From the NCBI RefSeq assembly GCF_003334255.1, contig NZ_QOWU01000034.1: a DNA stretch of 56,700 bases; one strand, given 5' to 3'. The stretch comes from Escherichia coli (GTDB lineage: Bacteria; Pseudomonadota; Gammaproteobacteria; Enterobacterales; Enterobacteriaceae). Positions 1 to 12,240 of the stretch are shown here, piece after piece. Position numbers and translations under genes: made by a program. The notes beneath the pieces are model-generated. The model did not search any database and was not told the DNA's origin. It was given only the letters and a program-made list of their open reading frames with translations. The stretch's first letter is position 1, and every line of letters starts with the position of its first letter.

Positions 1-567
1 AGCTGATAGAAACAGAAGCCACTGGAGCACCTCAAAAACACCATCATACACTAAATCAGTAAGTTGGCAGCATCACCCAAAGTTATGTTATGTTAGGCAA
101 AGTAATCTTCTATTATTAATAAGCACATCAAAACCTTTTTGAATATTAAATAATAATTAATTAGCATCATCCTCATTCATTAATTCCGCTTAACAATAGT
201 TTCACACCTTGCCCCCATTGCGACACCTCGGAAATCATCACGCAGTTAAACTCTCCGTAATGAGGAAATATCATCATCGCGTTTCATTAGTGAATTCTTA
301 AATGAGGCATTTTCACACAATTATCTTACAGATAAAAAAACCAGACTTACAATTAAGAATCAGAACAATTCACTATATAACATTGCATGTAAAGCATATA
401 CACCTCATTATTTTGTCATTATTAAGTTATTAACAGCACAATCGAGCCTTCCCCTCTGGCAAAATCTTATTCTGCAGACCTTCAAAACACCGTCCTGGGG
501 GAGTACATTGTTCTAAGCTGACTTCCACGGCAGGGAGTGGCGATAACAGCAAAAAAGGTCAAGATTC

Positions 568-1785
568 ATGTCCCCCATTGAAAAATCCAGCAAATTAGAG
601 AATGTCTGTTATGACATCCGTGGTCCGGTGCTGAAAGAAGCAAAACGCCTGGAAGAAGAAGGTAACAAGGTACTGAAACTGAACATCGGCAACCCAGCCC
701 CGTTCGGTTTTGACGCGCCAGATGAAATCCTCGTTGACGTGATACGCAACCTGCCTACCGCTCAAGGGTATTGCGATTCCAAAGGTCTTTACTCCGCGCG
801 TAAAGCCATCATGCAGCACTACCAGGCTCGTGGCATGCGTGATGTTACCGTGGAAGATATTTACATCGGCAATGGTGTATCGGAGCTTATCGTTCAGGCA
901 ATGCAGGCATTGCTGAACAGCGGGGACGAAATGTTGGTTCCTGCACCAGATTACCCACTCTGGACCGCGGCGGTTTCGCTTTCCAGCGGTAAAGCGGTGC
1001 ATTATCTTTGCGATGAATCCTCTGACTGGTTCCCGGACCTCGATGATATTCGCGCTAAAATTACGCCTCGTACGCGTGGGATCGTTATTATCAACCCAAA
1101 TAACCCAACCGGCGCGGTATATTCCAAAGAGCTTTTAATGGAGATTGTGGAGATTGCACGTCAGCATAATCTCATTATCTTCGCCGATGAAATTTATGAC
1201 AAAATTCTCTACGACGACGCTGAGCATCACTCAATTGCGCCGCTGGCACCTGACCTGCTGACCATTACCTTTAACGGACTGTCGAAAACGTACCGCGTTG
1301 CAGGCTTCCGTCAGGGGTGGATGGTGTTGAACGGGCCGAAAAAACACGCCAAAGGCTACATCGAAGGTCTGGAAATGCTGGCTTCAATGCGCCTGTGTGC
1401 TAACGTTCCTGCGCAACACGCCATTCAGACCGCGCTAGGTGGTTATCAGAGCATCAGTGAATTTATTACCCCTGGCGGTCGTCTTTATGAGCAGCGTAAC
1501 CGCGCGTGGGAACTGATCAACGATATTCCGGGCGTTTCCTGCGTGAAACCTCGTGGTGCGCTGTATATGTTCCCGAAAATCGACGCCAAACGCTTTAACA
1601 TTCACGACGATCAGAAAATGGTGCTGGATTTCCTGTTGCAGGAAAAAGTTCTGTTGGTGCAAGGGACGGCATTCAACTGGCCGTGGCCGGATCACTTCCG
1701 CATTGTCACGCTACCGCGTGTCGATGATATCGAGCTGTCTTTGAGCAAGTTCGCGCGTTTCCTTTCTGGTTATCATCAGCTGTAA
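568..1785 (+). CDS. alaA: Glutamate-pyruvate aminotransferase AlaA (PLP-dependent class I aminotransferase)
   Basis: ATG at 568; 405-aa ORF with aminotransferase class I fold features (NGLSKTY lysine region); protein recognised as AlaA/YfbQ. Confidence 0.93.
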   Translation: MSPIEKSSKLENVCYDIRGPVLKEAKRLEEEGNKVLKLNIGNPAPFGFDAPDEILVDVIRNLPTAQGYCDSKGLYSARKAIMQHYQARGMRDVTVEDIYIGNGVSELIVQAMQALLNSGDEMLVPAPDYPLWTAAVSLSSGKAVHYLCDESSDWFPDLDDIRAKITPRTRGIVIINPNNPTGAVYSKELLMEIVEIARQHNLIIFADEIYDKILYDDAEHHSIAPLAPDLLTITFNGLSKTYRVAGFRQGWMVLNGPKKHAKGYIEGLEMLASMRLCANVPAQHAIQTALGGYQSISEFITPGGRLYEQRNRAWELINDIPGVSCVKPRGALYMFPKIDAKRFNIHDDQKMVLDFLLQEKVLLVQGTAFNWPWPDHFRIVTLPRVDDIELSLSKFARFLSGYHQL

Positions 1786-1868
1786 TCTTAATTTCACTGC
1801 CGGAGATTGCATCCGGCAGCGTTATCCCGCCACAATGACCTGATGATGTCATCATACGTAAGGTCACT

Positions 1869-2468
1869 ATGAAACAGAGCCATTTTTTTGCCCATCTCTC
1901 CCGCCTGAAACTCATTAACCGCTGGCCGCTCATGCGCAACGTGCGGACGGAAAATGTGTCCGAACACAGTTTGCAGGTAGCGATGGTCGCCCATGCGCTG
2001 GCAGCTATCAAAAATCGAAAATTTGGCGGTAATGTCAACGCCGAACGTATCGCTTTACTGGCGATGTACCACGATGCCTCAGAAGTGCTCACCGGCGATC
2101 TCCCTACTCCGGTGAAATACTTCAATTCGCAAATCGCTCAGGAGTACAAGGCTATTGAAAAAATCGCTCAGCAAAAACTGGTCGATATGGTTCCGGAAGA
2201 GCTGCGGGATATCTTTGCGCCGTTAATTGACGAGCATGCATATAGCGATGAAGAAAAATCGCTGGTGAAACAGGCAGATGCACTGTGTGCATATCTGAAA
2301 TGTCTGGAAGAACTCGCGGCCGGAAATAATGAATTCTTGCTGGCAAAAACGCGACTGGAAGCGACGCTTGAAGCGCGTCGCAGCCAGGAGATGGACTACT
2401 TCATGGAAATATTTGTTCCCAGCTTCCATCTTTCGCTCGATGAGATTAGCCAGGATTCACCGCTGTAA
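1869..2468 (+). CDS. yfbR: HD-domain 5'-deoxynucleotidase YfbR
   Basis: 199-aa ORF with HD-domain metal-binding residues (SEHS...HD); recognised as YfbR. Confidence 0.9.
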   Translation: MKQSHFFAHLSRLKLINRWPLMRNVRTENVSEHSLQVAMVAHALAAIKNRKFGGNVNAERIALLAMYHDASEVLTGDLPTPVKYFNSQIAQEYKAIEKIAQQKLVDMVPEELRDIFAPLIDEHAYSDEEKSLVKQADALCAYLKCLEELAAGNNEFLLAKTRLEATLEARRSQEMDYFMEIFVPSFHLSLDEISQDSPL

Positions 2469-2475
2469 GCAGCCG

Positions 2476-2520
2476 GAGTCTGCGTCGCATCAGGCAATAA
2501 GCGCCGGATGCGACATCAGG
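2476..2520. repeat. REP-like palindromic element between convergent yfbR and yfbS
   Basis: Inverted repeat tgcgtcgcatcaggc...gccggatgcgaca, typical of enterobacterial REP sequences; sits between two convergent stop codons. Confidence 0.6.
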
Positions 2521-2526
2521 CTCTTG

Positions 2527-4359
2527 TCAAAACGGAAACAGCATCGGGATCATCACCACACAAACCGCCATCACGATAATGGTGAACGGTACCCCCAACT
2601 TCACAAAGTCACTGAAGCTGTAATTTCCCGGACCTAAAACCAGTGTGTTAACAGGTGAAGAAACCGGTGTCATAAAGGCGGCGGATGCTGCCATCGCCAC
2701 GACCATCGCGAATGGATAAGGCGACACCCCCATCGTTTTGGCAGCAGCCAGCGCAATCGGAGCCATCAACACCGCCGTCGCGGTATTAGAGATAAATAGC
2801 CCAATAACCGCCGACAAGACAAACAAACACCCCAGCATCATATGTGGCCCGTAACCACCGCCAATGTCCATCAGCCCTTTCACCGCCAGCGCGACACCTC
2901 CCGTTTTCTGTAATGCCACAGCAAACGGCATCATCCCAACGATCAAAATAATGCTCGGCCAGTGAATGGATTTATAGGCGCTTTCAGCATCTATACAGCG
3001 GAATTTCCCCATCAGCAGGCAGGCGATGATAGCGGCAACAGGATTAGGAATTTCATCTGTCAGCATTAACGCCACCATTAGCACCAGACAGAAAATGGCA
3101 TGGGGTGCCTGGCTGTGCGCGGGTGATGCTTCACTCACCTCTTCCGGTAAGTTCAGCGCTACGAAGTCGCGGCCCTGTTTGGCCAGCATACCGATCAGTT
3201 TCCAGTTACCCACAACCAGGATGATATCGCCCAGCAGCAGAGGCTCATCCGCCAGCGAACCTTCCAGCGCCACGCCATTGCGCTTTAGCCCCACCACATT
3301 CAGTCCGTAGCGGGTACGAAAACCAATTTCGCGCACCGATTTACCAATCAGTTCTGACTCAGGAATTAATGAAATCTCTGCCATGCCCACATCAAGGGCC
3401 TGGTCAGAAAAATACTCGCCGCGCAGTACCATCGGCTCCAGCAATTGCTCACTACAAAATTGCCGGAGATCGACATCAGCCGCAGACATATCAATAAGCA
3501 AAACGTCACGCGCGCGAAATTCAGAAACCCCATTAACGTTCACGATAACGCGACGAAAACGCCGCCAGCGTTCAACACCGATGACGTTAGCGCCATAACG
3601 CTCACGTAATTTGAGATCATCCAGCCGTTGACCAATCATTGGCGATCCGGGGCGAATAGCCAGACGTCGCGCACGCCCGGTCAGTCGATATTCACGGATA
3701 AGATCGCGAAAGGTTCGACGCGTCCAGCCTTCGCGCTGCGGGGTCTGGGTATCCCCTTTCAGCATGAAACGCATCACTAACATATACAAAATACCCAGCA
3801 CCAGCACGACCAGGCCAATAGGTGTTACGCTAAAGAAACTGAAGCCGTGATAGCCTTCACGCAGCAATTCACTGTTGACTACCAGGTTCGGCGGCGTCGC
3901 CACCAGCGTCATCATGCCGCTAATCAGCCCGGCAAAACTTAACGGCATCATCAGACGTGACGGCGACGTTTGCATACGCATGGCAACGCTTAACACCACG
4001 GGAATAAAGATAGCGACAACGCCGGTTGAACTCATAAACGCGCCAAGCCCCGCGACGGTCAGCATCAACAAAACCAACATTTTGATTTCACTATTGCCCG
4101 CAACTTTGACCAGCCATGTTCCCATTACGGTGGCAACACCGGTACGGACCAAACCATCGCCAATAATAAACAAGGCGGCAATCAGGACAACGTTAGGATC
4201 AGAAAAGCCGGAAAATACTTCTGGGACTGTCAGCGTTCCGCTTAATGCAAACGCGACAATAACAAACAAAGCGACCGCATCCATACGCACTCTGCCCGTC
4301 GCAAACAAGACGATGGCAACGGCCAGTAATGAAAGAACCCAAATCAATTCACCGTTCAC
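2527..4359 (-). CDS. yfbS: Putative anion transporter YfbS (permease with two internal TrkA-C/RCK_C-like domains)
   Basis: 610-aa ORF, hydrophobic N- and C-terminal halves separated by a soluble central region with two repeated RCK_C-like segments; recognised as YfbS. Confidence 0.88.
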
Positions 4360-4402
4360 AACTTATCCTTGTTAATTGAGGGGGATGACTTGATTCTGCC
4401 AT

Positions 4403-4427
4403 AAAAAAGCCCCGACGAGACGGGGCT
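4403..4427 (-). terminator. Rho-independent terminator downstream of yfbT
   Basis: Minus-strand reading gives agccccgtctcgtcggggct followed by a T-run (plus strand aaaaaagccccgacgagacggggct). Confidence 0.65.
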
Positions 4428-4445
4428 AAATCATGATCAGGTGTT

Positions 4446-5096
4446 TCACTGAATAATAACATCGCCATTTGGCTGTTTGGTCACAGTAATTTGCTCCAGA
4501 CTGTGGAGGACCAAATCGACCTCATTCAGGCGCGGGGTATCTGCCGGAGCGTTAACCGCAATGACATGACAACCCGCCGCCAGGCCAGAAAGCACGCCAG
4601 CGGGAGCATCTTCCACCACCACACACTCCTGCGGCGCAAGCCCCAGCAGCTGCGCGCCTAACAGATACGCATCAGGTTCTGGTTTTCCGCGCTTCACTCG
4701 CTCAGCGGTTACAAACACCTCTGGTGCGGGAAGCCCAGCTATTTTATGGCGCGCTCGCGCTACCGGCATGGAGCCAGAAGTCACAATGGCCCACGGAATA
4801 CCTGCTTTATTCAAATGACTGAGTAAGGCGATTGCCCCCGGAAGCGCGGTAATACCTTCGGTTTCCGTGGCCTCGATGTGCTCCAGACGCGTAAACTCGG
4901 CGGCAATATCAGCCTCGGATTTGCCCGCCATAAAATGGCGCAGAGAGGTGATCGCCTGTTTACCGTGAATGAAAGCCAGCACCTCTTCCGGCGCTAACCC
5001 ATGACGTCTGGCCCAGTTGCTCCACGCCCGTTCTACCGCAGGCAGGGAATCCACCAGCGTTCCATCAAGATCAAACAGAAAACCTTTGCACCGCAC
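4446..5096 (-). CDS. yfbT: HAD-family sugar phosphatase YfbT (HxpA)
   Basis: HAD motif I DxDGTL (FLFDLDGTLVDS) near the N-terminus; start trimmed to GTG at 5094-5096 (216 aa) to match the remembered N-terminus, track ORF starts 6 codons upstream at ATG 5114. Confidence 0.85.
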   Translation of the reverse strand: MRCKGFLFDLDGTLVDSLPAVERAWSNWARRHGLAPEEVLAFIHGKQAITSLRHFMAGKSEADIAAEFTRLEHIEATETEGITALPGAIALLSHLNKAGIPWAIVTSGSMPVARARHKIAGLPAPEVFVTAERVKRGKPEPDAYLLGAQLLGLAPQECVVVEDAPAGVLSGLAAGCHVIAVNAPADTPRLNEVDLVLHSLEQITVTKQPNGDVIIQ

Positions 5097-5106
5097 GCGG
5101 GCCTCC

Positions 5107-5679
<573 letters not shown>

Positions 5680-5683
5680 TCAA

Positions 5684-6139
5684 TTACAAATCATCAAGGA
5701 AAGTTTTATCCAGTTGTTTGAAGGCGCGCTTAAGCGTGTCAGCTAATGCCTGGTAATCAGGCTTGCCTTCAACGGGTGCCAACACCTGTCCAGACTCCTG
5801 CAATTTACCGCGAACTTCATAAAACCAGTTAAGGATTGCAGGGGGTAATGGCGTGACAGAACGCTTGCCCAGCCACCACAATCCCTGCATGGGTAAACTT
5901 AAGGCGAACAGGGCAGTGGCAACTGCCGGCCCAAGCTGACCGCCCAGGGCAATCTGCCAGCAGAGAGTAAATACGGCGATCGGCGGCATAAAACGGATCG
6001 CATAACGCGTCATCTTGATAACGCGATTTTCGACAAAGACCGGGGCAAGGCGTTTTTCCAGCGGCCACGTCTTTGAGTAATGCTGTCCCCGGCGAAACAA
6101 GCTAAAAAAATTAACAGAACGATTATCCGGCGTTGACAT
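5684..6139 (-). CDS. yfbV: UPF0208 inner-membrane protein YfbV
   Basis: 151-aa ORF with two hydrophobic helices; recognised as YfbV. Confidence 0.85.
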
Positions 6140-6476
6140 GCTTCACCTCAACTTCACATATAAAGATTCAAAAATTTGTGCAAATTCACAACTCAGCGGG
6201 ACAACGTTCAAAACATTTTGTCTTCCATACCCACTATCAGGTATCCTTTAGCAGCCTGAAGGCCTAAGTAGTACATATTCATTGAGTCGTCAAATTCATA
6301 TACATTATGCCATTGGCTGAAAATTACGCAAAATGGCATAGACTCAAGATATTTCTTCCATCATGCAAAAAAAATTTGCAGTGCATGATGTTAATCATAA
6401 ATGTCGGTGTCATCATGCGCTACGCTCTATGGCTCCCTGACGTTTTTTTAGCCACGTATCAATTATAGGTACTTCC

Positions 6477-7679
6477 ATGTCGAGTAAGTTAGTACTGGTT
6501 CTGAACTGCGGTAGTTCTTCACTGAAATTTGCCATCATCGATGCAGTAAATGGTGAAGAGTACCTTTCTGGTTTAGCCGAATGTTTCCACCTGCCCGAAG
6601 CACGTATCAAATGGAAAATGGACGGCAATAAACAGGAAGCGGCTTTAGGTGCAGGCGCCGCTCACAGCGAAGCGCTCAACTTTATCGTTAATACTATTCT
6701 GGCACAAAAACCAGAACTGTCTGCGCAGCTGACTGCTATCGGTCACCGTATCGTACACGGCGGCGAAAAGTATACCAGCTCCGTAGTGATCGATGAGTCT
6801 GTTATTCAGGGTATCAAAGATGCAGCTTCTTTTGCACCGCTGCACAACCCGGCTCACCTGATCGGTATCGAAGAAGCTCTGAAATCTTTCCCACAGCTGA
6901 AAGACAAAAACGTTGCTGTATTTGACACCGCGTTCCACCAGACTATGCCGGAAGAGTCTTACCTCTACGCCCTGCCTTACAACCTGTACAAAGAGCACGG
7001 CATCCGTCGTTACGGCGCGCACGGCACCAGCCACTTCTATGTAACCCAGGAAGCGGCAAAAATGCTGAACAAACCGGTAGAAGAACTGAACATCATCACC
7101 TGCCACCTGGGCAACGGTGGTTCCGTTTCTGCTATCCGCAACGGTAAATGCGTTGACACCTCTATGGGCCTGACCCCGCTGGAAGGTCTGGTCATGGGTA
7201 CCCGTTCTGGTGATATCGATCCGGCGATCATCTTCCACCTGCACGACACCCTGGGCATGAGCGTTGACGCAATCAACAAACTGCTGACCAAAGAGTCTGG
7301 CCTGCTGGGTCTGACCGAAGTGACCAGCGACTGCCGCTATGTTGAAGACAACTACGCGACGAAAGAAGACGCGAAGCGCGCAATGGACGTTTACTGCCAC
7401 CGCCTGGCGAAATACATCGGTGCCTACACTGCGCTGATGGATGGTCGTCTGGACGCTGTTGTATTCACTGGTGGTATCGGTGAAAATGCCGCAATGGTTC
7501 GTGAACTGTCTCTGGGCAAACTGGGCGTGCTGGGCTTTGAAGTTGATCATGAACGCAACCTGGCTGCACGTTTCGGCAAATCTGGTTTCATCAACAAAGA
7601 AGGTACCCGTCCTGCGGTGGTTATCCCAACCAACGAAGAACTGGTTATCGCGCAAGACGCGAGCCGCCTGACTGCCTGA
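6477..7679 (+). CDS. ackA: Acetate kinase
   Basis: 400-aa ORF with the N-terminal acetate kinase signature [12 protein letters not shown]; followed directly by pta. Confidence 0.96.
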   Translation: MSSKLVLVLNCGSSSLKFAIIDAVNGEEYLSGLAECFHLPEARIKWKMDGNKQEAALGAGAAHSEALNFIVNTILAQKPELSAQLTAIGHRIVHGGEKYTSSVVIDESVIQGIKDAASFAPLHNPAHLIGIEEALKSFPQLKDKNVAVFDTAFHQTMPEESYLYALPYNLYKEHGIRRYGAHGTSHFYVTQEAAKMLNKPVEELNIITCHLGNGGSVSAIRNGKCVDTSMGLTPLEGLVMGTRSGDIDPAIIFHLHDTLGMSVDAINKLLTKESGLLGLTEVTSDCRYVEDNYATKEDAKRAMDVYCHRLAKYIGAYTALMDGRLDAVVFTGGIGENAAMVRELSLGKLGVLGFEVDHERNLAARFGKSGFINKEGTRPAVVIPTNEELVIAQDASRLTA

Positions 7680-7753
7680 TTTCACACCGCCAGCTCAGCT
7701 GGCGGTGCTGTTTTGTAACCCGCCAAATCGGCGGTAACGAAAGAGGATAAACC

Positions 7754-9898
7754 GTGTCCCGTATTATTATGCTGATCCCTACCGGAACCAGCGTCGGTCT
7801 GACCAGCGTCAGCCTTGGCGTGATCCGTGCAATGGAACGCAAAGGCGTTCGTCTGAGCGTTTTCAAACCTATCGCTCAGCCGCGTACCGGTGGCGATGCG
7901 CCCGATCAGACTACGACTATCGTGCGTGCGAACTCTTCCACCACGACGGCCGCTGAACCGCTGAAAATGAGCTACGTTGAAGGTCTGCTTTCCAGCAATC
8001 AGAAAGATGTGCTGATGGAAGAGATCGTCGCAAACTACCACGCTAACACCAAAGACGCTGAAGTCGTTCTGGTTGAAGGTCTGGTCCCGACACGTAAGCA
8101 CCAGTTTGCCCAGTCTCTGAACTACGAAATCGCTAAAACGCTGAATGCGGAAATCGTCTTCGTTATGTCTCAGGGCACTGACACCCCGGAACAGCTGAAA
8201 GAGCGTATCGAACTGACCCGCAACAGCTTCGGCGGTGCCAAAAACACCAACATCACCGGCGTTATCGTTAACAAACTGAACGCACCGGTTGATGAACAGG
8301 GTCGTACTCGCCCGGATCTGTCCGAGATTTTCGACGACTCTTCCAAAGCTAAAGTAAACAATGTTGATCCGGCGAAGCTGCAAGAATCCAGCCCGCTGCC
8401 GGTTCTCGGCGCTGTACCGTGGAGCTTTGACCTGATCGCGACTCGTGCGATCGATATGGCTCGCCACCTGAATGCGACCATCATCAACGAAGGCGACATC
8501 AATACTCGCCGCGTTAAATCCGTCACTTTCTGCGCACGCAGCATTCCGCACATGCTGGAGCACTTCCGTGCCGGTTCTCTGCTGGTGACTTCCGCAGACC
8601 GTCCTGACGTGCTGGTGGCCGCTTGCCTGGCAGCCATGAACGGCGTAGAAATCGGTGCCCTGCTGCTGACTGGCGGTTACGAAATGGACGCGCGCATTTC
8701 TAAACTGTGCGAACGTGCTTTCGCTACCGGCCTGCCGGTATTTATGGTGAACACCAACACCTGGCAGACCTCTCTGAGCCTGCAGAGCTTCAACCTGGAA
8801 GTTCCGGTTGACGATCACGAACGTATCGAGAAAGTTCAGGAATACGTTGCTAACTACATCAACGCTGACTGGATCGAATCTCTGACTGCCACTTCTGAGC
8901 GCAGCCGTCGTCTGTCTCCGCCTGCGTTCCGTTATCAGCTGACTGAACTTGCGCGCAAAGCGGGCAAACGTATCGTACTGCCGGAAGGTGACGAACCGCG
9001 TACCGTTAAAGCAGCCGCTATCTGTGCTGAACGTGGTATCGCAACTTGCGTACTGCTGGGTAATCCGGCAGAGATCAACCGTGTTGCAGCGTCTCAGGGT
9101 GTAGAACTGGGTGCAGGGATTGAAATCGTTGATCCAGAAGTGGTTCGCGAAAGCTATGTTGGTCGTCTGGTCGAACTGCGTAAGAACAAAGGCATGACCG
9201 AAACCGTTGCCCGCGAACAGCTGGAAGACAACGTGGTGCTCGGTACGCTGATGCTGGAACAGGATGAAGTTGATGGTCTGGTTTCCGGTGCTGTTCACAC
9301 TACCGCAAACACCATCCGTCCGCCGCTGCAGCTGATCAAAACTGCACCGGGCAGCTCCCTGGTATCTTCCGTGTTCTTCATGCTGCTGCCGGAACAGGTT
9401 TACGTTTACGGTGACTGTGCGATCAACCCGGATCCGACCGCTGAACAGCTGGCAGAAATCGCGATTCAGTCCGCTGATTCCGCTGCGGCCTTCGGTATCG
9501 AACCGCGCGTTGCTATGCTCTCCTACTCCACCGGTACTTCTGGTGCAGGTAGCGACGTAGAAAAAGTTCGCGAAGCAACTCGTCTGGCGCAGGAAAAACG
9601 TCCTGACCTGATGATCGACGGTCCGCTGCAGTACGACGCTGCGGTAATGGCTGACGTTGCGAAATCCAAAGCGCCGAACTCTCCGGTTGCAGGTCGCGCT
9701 ACCGTGTTCATCTTCCCGGATCTGAACACCGGTAACACCACCTACAAAGCGGTACAGCGTTCTGCCGACCTGATCTCCATCGGGCCGATGCTGCAGGGTA
9801 TGCGCAAGCCGGTTAACGACCTGTCCCGTGGCGCACTGGTTGACGATATCGTCTACACCATCGCGCTGACTGCGATTCAGTCTGCACAGCAGCAGTAA
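7754..9898 (+). CDS. pta: Phosphate acetyltransferase
   Basis: 714-aa ORF starting at GTG 7754; long N-terminal domain plus C-terminal PTA catalytic domain; ackA-pta operon arrangement. Confidence 0.96.
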
Positions 9899-9938
9899 TC
9901 TCGTCATCATCCGCAGCTTTGCGCTGCGGATATCTGAA

Positions 9939-9967
9939 CCGGAAATAATCACTATTTCCGGTTTTTT
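9939..9967 (+). terminator. Rho-independent terminator of ackA-pta
   Basis: ccggaaataatcactatttccgg hairpin followed by tttttt; preceded by a second hairpin ccgcagctttgcgctgcgg at 9911-9929. Confidence 0.85.
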
Positions 9968-10087
9968 ATTCTCTTAATTTGCATTAATCCTTTCTGATTA
10001 TCTTGCTTAACTGCGCTGCATCAATGAATTGCGCCATCCCACTTTGCATACTTACCACTTTGTTTTGTGCAAGGGAATATTTGCGCT

Positions 10088-11608
10088 ATGTCCGCAATCA
10101 CTGAATCCAAACCAACAAGAAGATGGGCAATGCCCGATACGTTGGTGATTATCTTTTTTGTTGCTATTTTAACCAGCCTTGCCACCTGGGTAGTTCCGGT
10201 GGGGATGTTTGACAGTCAGGAAGTGCAGTATCAGGTTGATGGTCAAACAAAAACACGCAAAGTCGTAGATCCACACTCATTTCGCATTCTGACTAACGAA
10301 GCAGGCGAACCTGAGTATCACCGCGTACAGCTGTTCACGACGGGCGATGAACGCCCGGGCCTGATGAACTTCCCGTTTGAAGGATTAACCTCAGGATCGA
10401 AATACGGGACAGCCGTTGGCATCATCATGTTTATGCTGGTGATTGGCGGCGCGTTTGGCATTGTGATGCGTACAGGAACCATTGATAACGGTATCCTGGC
10501 GCTTATTCGCCATACCCGCGGGAATGAAATTCTCTTTATTCCTGCGCTGTTTATTCTGTTTTCACTTGGCGGCGCGGTATTTGGTATGGGAGAAGAGGCC
10601 GTCGCCTTTGCCATTATCATCGCACCGCTAATGGTCCGGCTGGGCTATGACAGTATTACCACCGTCCTGGTGACCTATATTGCCACGCAAATCGGTTTTG
10701 CCAGTTCGTGGATGAACCCGTTTTGTGTGGTCGTTGCTCAGGGGATTGCCGGCGTTCCGGTGCTTTCTGGCTCCGGGTTGCGCATCGTGGTGTGGGTTAT
10801 CGCCACTCTGATTGGCCTGATCTTTACCATGGTGTACGCCTCACGAGTGAAAAAGAATCCTCTTCTGTCACGCGTGCATGAGTCCGACCGCTTCTTTCGT
10901 GAAAAGCAGGCTGATGTTGAACAACGTCCGTTTACCTTTGGTGACTGGCTGGTATTGATTGTCCTGACCGCCGTAATGGTCTGGGTGATTTGGGGCGTGA
11001 TCGTTAATGCCTGGTTTATTCCAGAAATTGCCAGCCAGTTCTTCACCATGGGTCTGGTGATTGGCATCATCGGCGTTGTTTTCCGCCTTAACGGCATGAC
11101 GGTTAATACCATGGCTTCATCCTTTACCGAAGGGGCGCGAATGATGATCGCCCCTGCCCTGCTGGTGGGTTTCGCCAAAGGGATTTTGCTGCTGGTCGGT
11201 AATGGTGAAGCGGGTGATGCCAGCGTGTTAAATACCATCCTCAACAGCATTGCCAATGCCATTAGCGGTCTGGACAACGCGGTCGCGGCCTGGTTTATGT
11301 TGCTCTTCCAGGCGGTATTTAATTTCTTCGTGACGTCCGGTTCTGGTCAGGCGGCGTTAACCATGCCGTTACTGGCACCGCTTGGCGATCTGGTCGGTGT
11401 TAACCGTCAGGTTACCGTGCTGGCGTTCCAGTTTGGTGATGGCTTCAGTCACATCATTTACCCAACCTCAGCGTCGTTAATGGCAACGCTCGGTGTGTGC
11501 AGGGTGGACTTCCGTAACTGGCTGAAGGTGGGCGCGACCCTACTTGGACTGCTGTTTATTATGTCCAGCGTCGTAGTGATCGGCGCTCAGTTGATGGGCT
11601 ACCACTAA
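10088..11608 (+). CDS. yfcC: YfcC-family inner-membrane transporter (putative)
   Basis: Polytopic membrane protein; start trimmed to ATG 10088 (506 aa) with AAGGGA RBS about 10 nt upstream; the track ORF starts at an upstream GTG. Confidence 0.85.
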   Translation: MSAITESKPTRRWAMPDTLVIIFFVAILTSLATWVVPVGMFDSQEVQYQVDGQTKTRKVVDPHSFRILTNEAGEPEYHRVQLFTTGDERPGLMNFPFEGLTSGSKYGTAVGIIMFMLVIGGAFGIVMRTGTIDNGILALIRHTRGNEILFIPALFILFSLGGAVFGMGEEAVAFAIIIAPLMVRLGYDSITTVLVTYIATQIGFASSWMNPFCVVVAQGIAGVPVLSGSGLRIVVWVIATLIGLIFTMVYASRVKKNPLLSRVHESDRFFREKQADVEQRPFTFGDWLVLIVLTAVMVWVIWGVIVNAWFIPEIASQFFTMGLVIGIIGVVFRLNGMTVNTMASSFTEGARMMIAPALLVGFAKGILLLVGNGEAGDASVLNTILNSIANAISGLDNAVAAWFMLLFQAVFNFFVTSGSGQAALTMPLLAPLGDLVGVNRQVTVLAFQFGDGFSHIIYPTSASLMATLGVCRVDFRNWLKVGATLLGLLFIMSSVVVIGAQLMGYH

Positions 11609-11616
11609 AAATGTTA

Positions 11617-11641
11617 AGAGCCGCAATTGCGGCTCTTTTTT
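11617..11641. terminator. Bidirectional terminator between convergent yfcC and yfcD
   Basis: agagccgcaattgcggctct hairpin with A-run upstream and T-run downstream. Confidence 0.8.
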
Positions 11642-12183
11642 CATTCTGCCGTTTCAGTCTCTACGGCTTCATTTTTGGCATTGCGCTTCATCCACAACGC
11701 TAGCGCTTTCAGCGAGTCTGGAGTGAACTCATCGCAGCGTGCGGTGATTTCTTCCGGCGTCAGCCAGCAAACTTCACTGACTTCATCTTCCTGTAGTGCG
11801 AAGGGACCGTGAGAGACGCAGCTGAACAATGCGCCCCAGACACGGCAATTTTTATCTTCGAAATAGAACTGCCCGTGCTCGGCAAAGGGGACACCGGCAA
11901 TGCCCAACTCTTCTTCCGCTTCGCGACGCGCGGATTCCAGCAGTTGCTCATCGGCCTGGACTACACCGCCTGCGGTCGCATCTAACATGCCGGGTAAAAA
12001 GTCTTTTGTCTCGGTACGACGCTGGACCAGAATTTTGCCCATGCCATCATGCACGACGATGTAAGTTGCACGATGACGCAGACACTGTGCCCGCATTTGT
12101 TCCCGGCTGGCTTGTGCAATGACTTCGTTCTCTTCATTGACAATATCCACCCATTCAGTACTTGCCAAACGACGCTGTTCCAT
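11641..12183 (-). CDS. yfcD: Nudix hydrolase YfcD
   Basis: 180-aa ORF with Nudix box ([23 protein letters not shown]). Confidence 0.88.
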
Positions 12184-12240
12184 TATCAGGAAACCTTCTT
12201 TTTCTGGCGCTCTTACGGCGCATTTTGAGTTGTGGGTAAA

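Noticed and set aside
6140-6476. Specific -35/-10 assignments for the ackA promoter and small ORFs in the yfbV-ackA spacer (for example 6413-6628)
   Set aside because: Several hexamer combinations are possible by eye and none can be chosen without transcript data; the 71-aa ORF has no RBS and overlaps the ackA start.
6645-9952. Long antisense ORFs opposite ackA (6645-7685, 346 aa) and pta (7682-9952, 756 aa)
   Set aside because: They lie wholly on the opposite strand of two unmistakable, motif-bearing genes; their products are low-complexity and Arg/Val/Gly-rich with no recognisable domains or RBS, typical of stop-codon-poor antisense frames.
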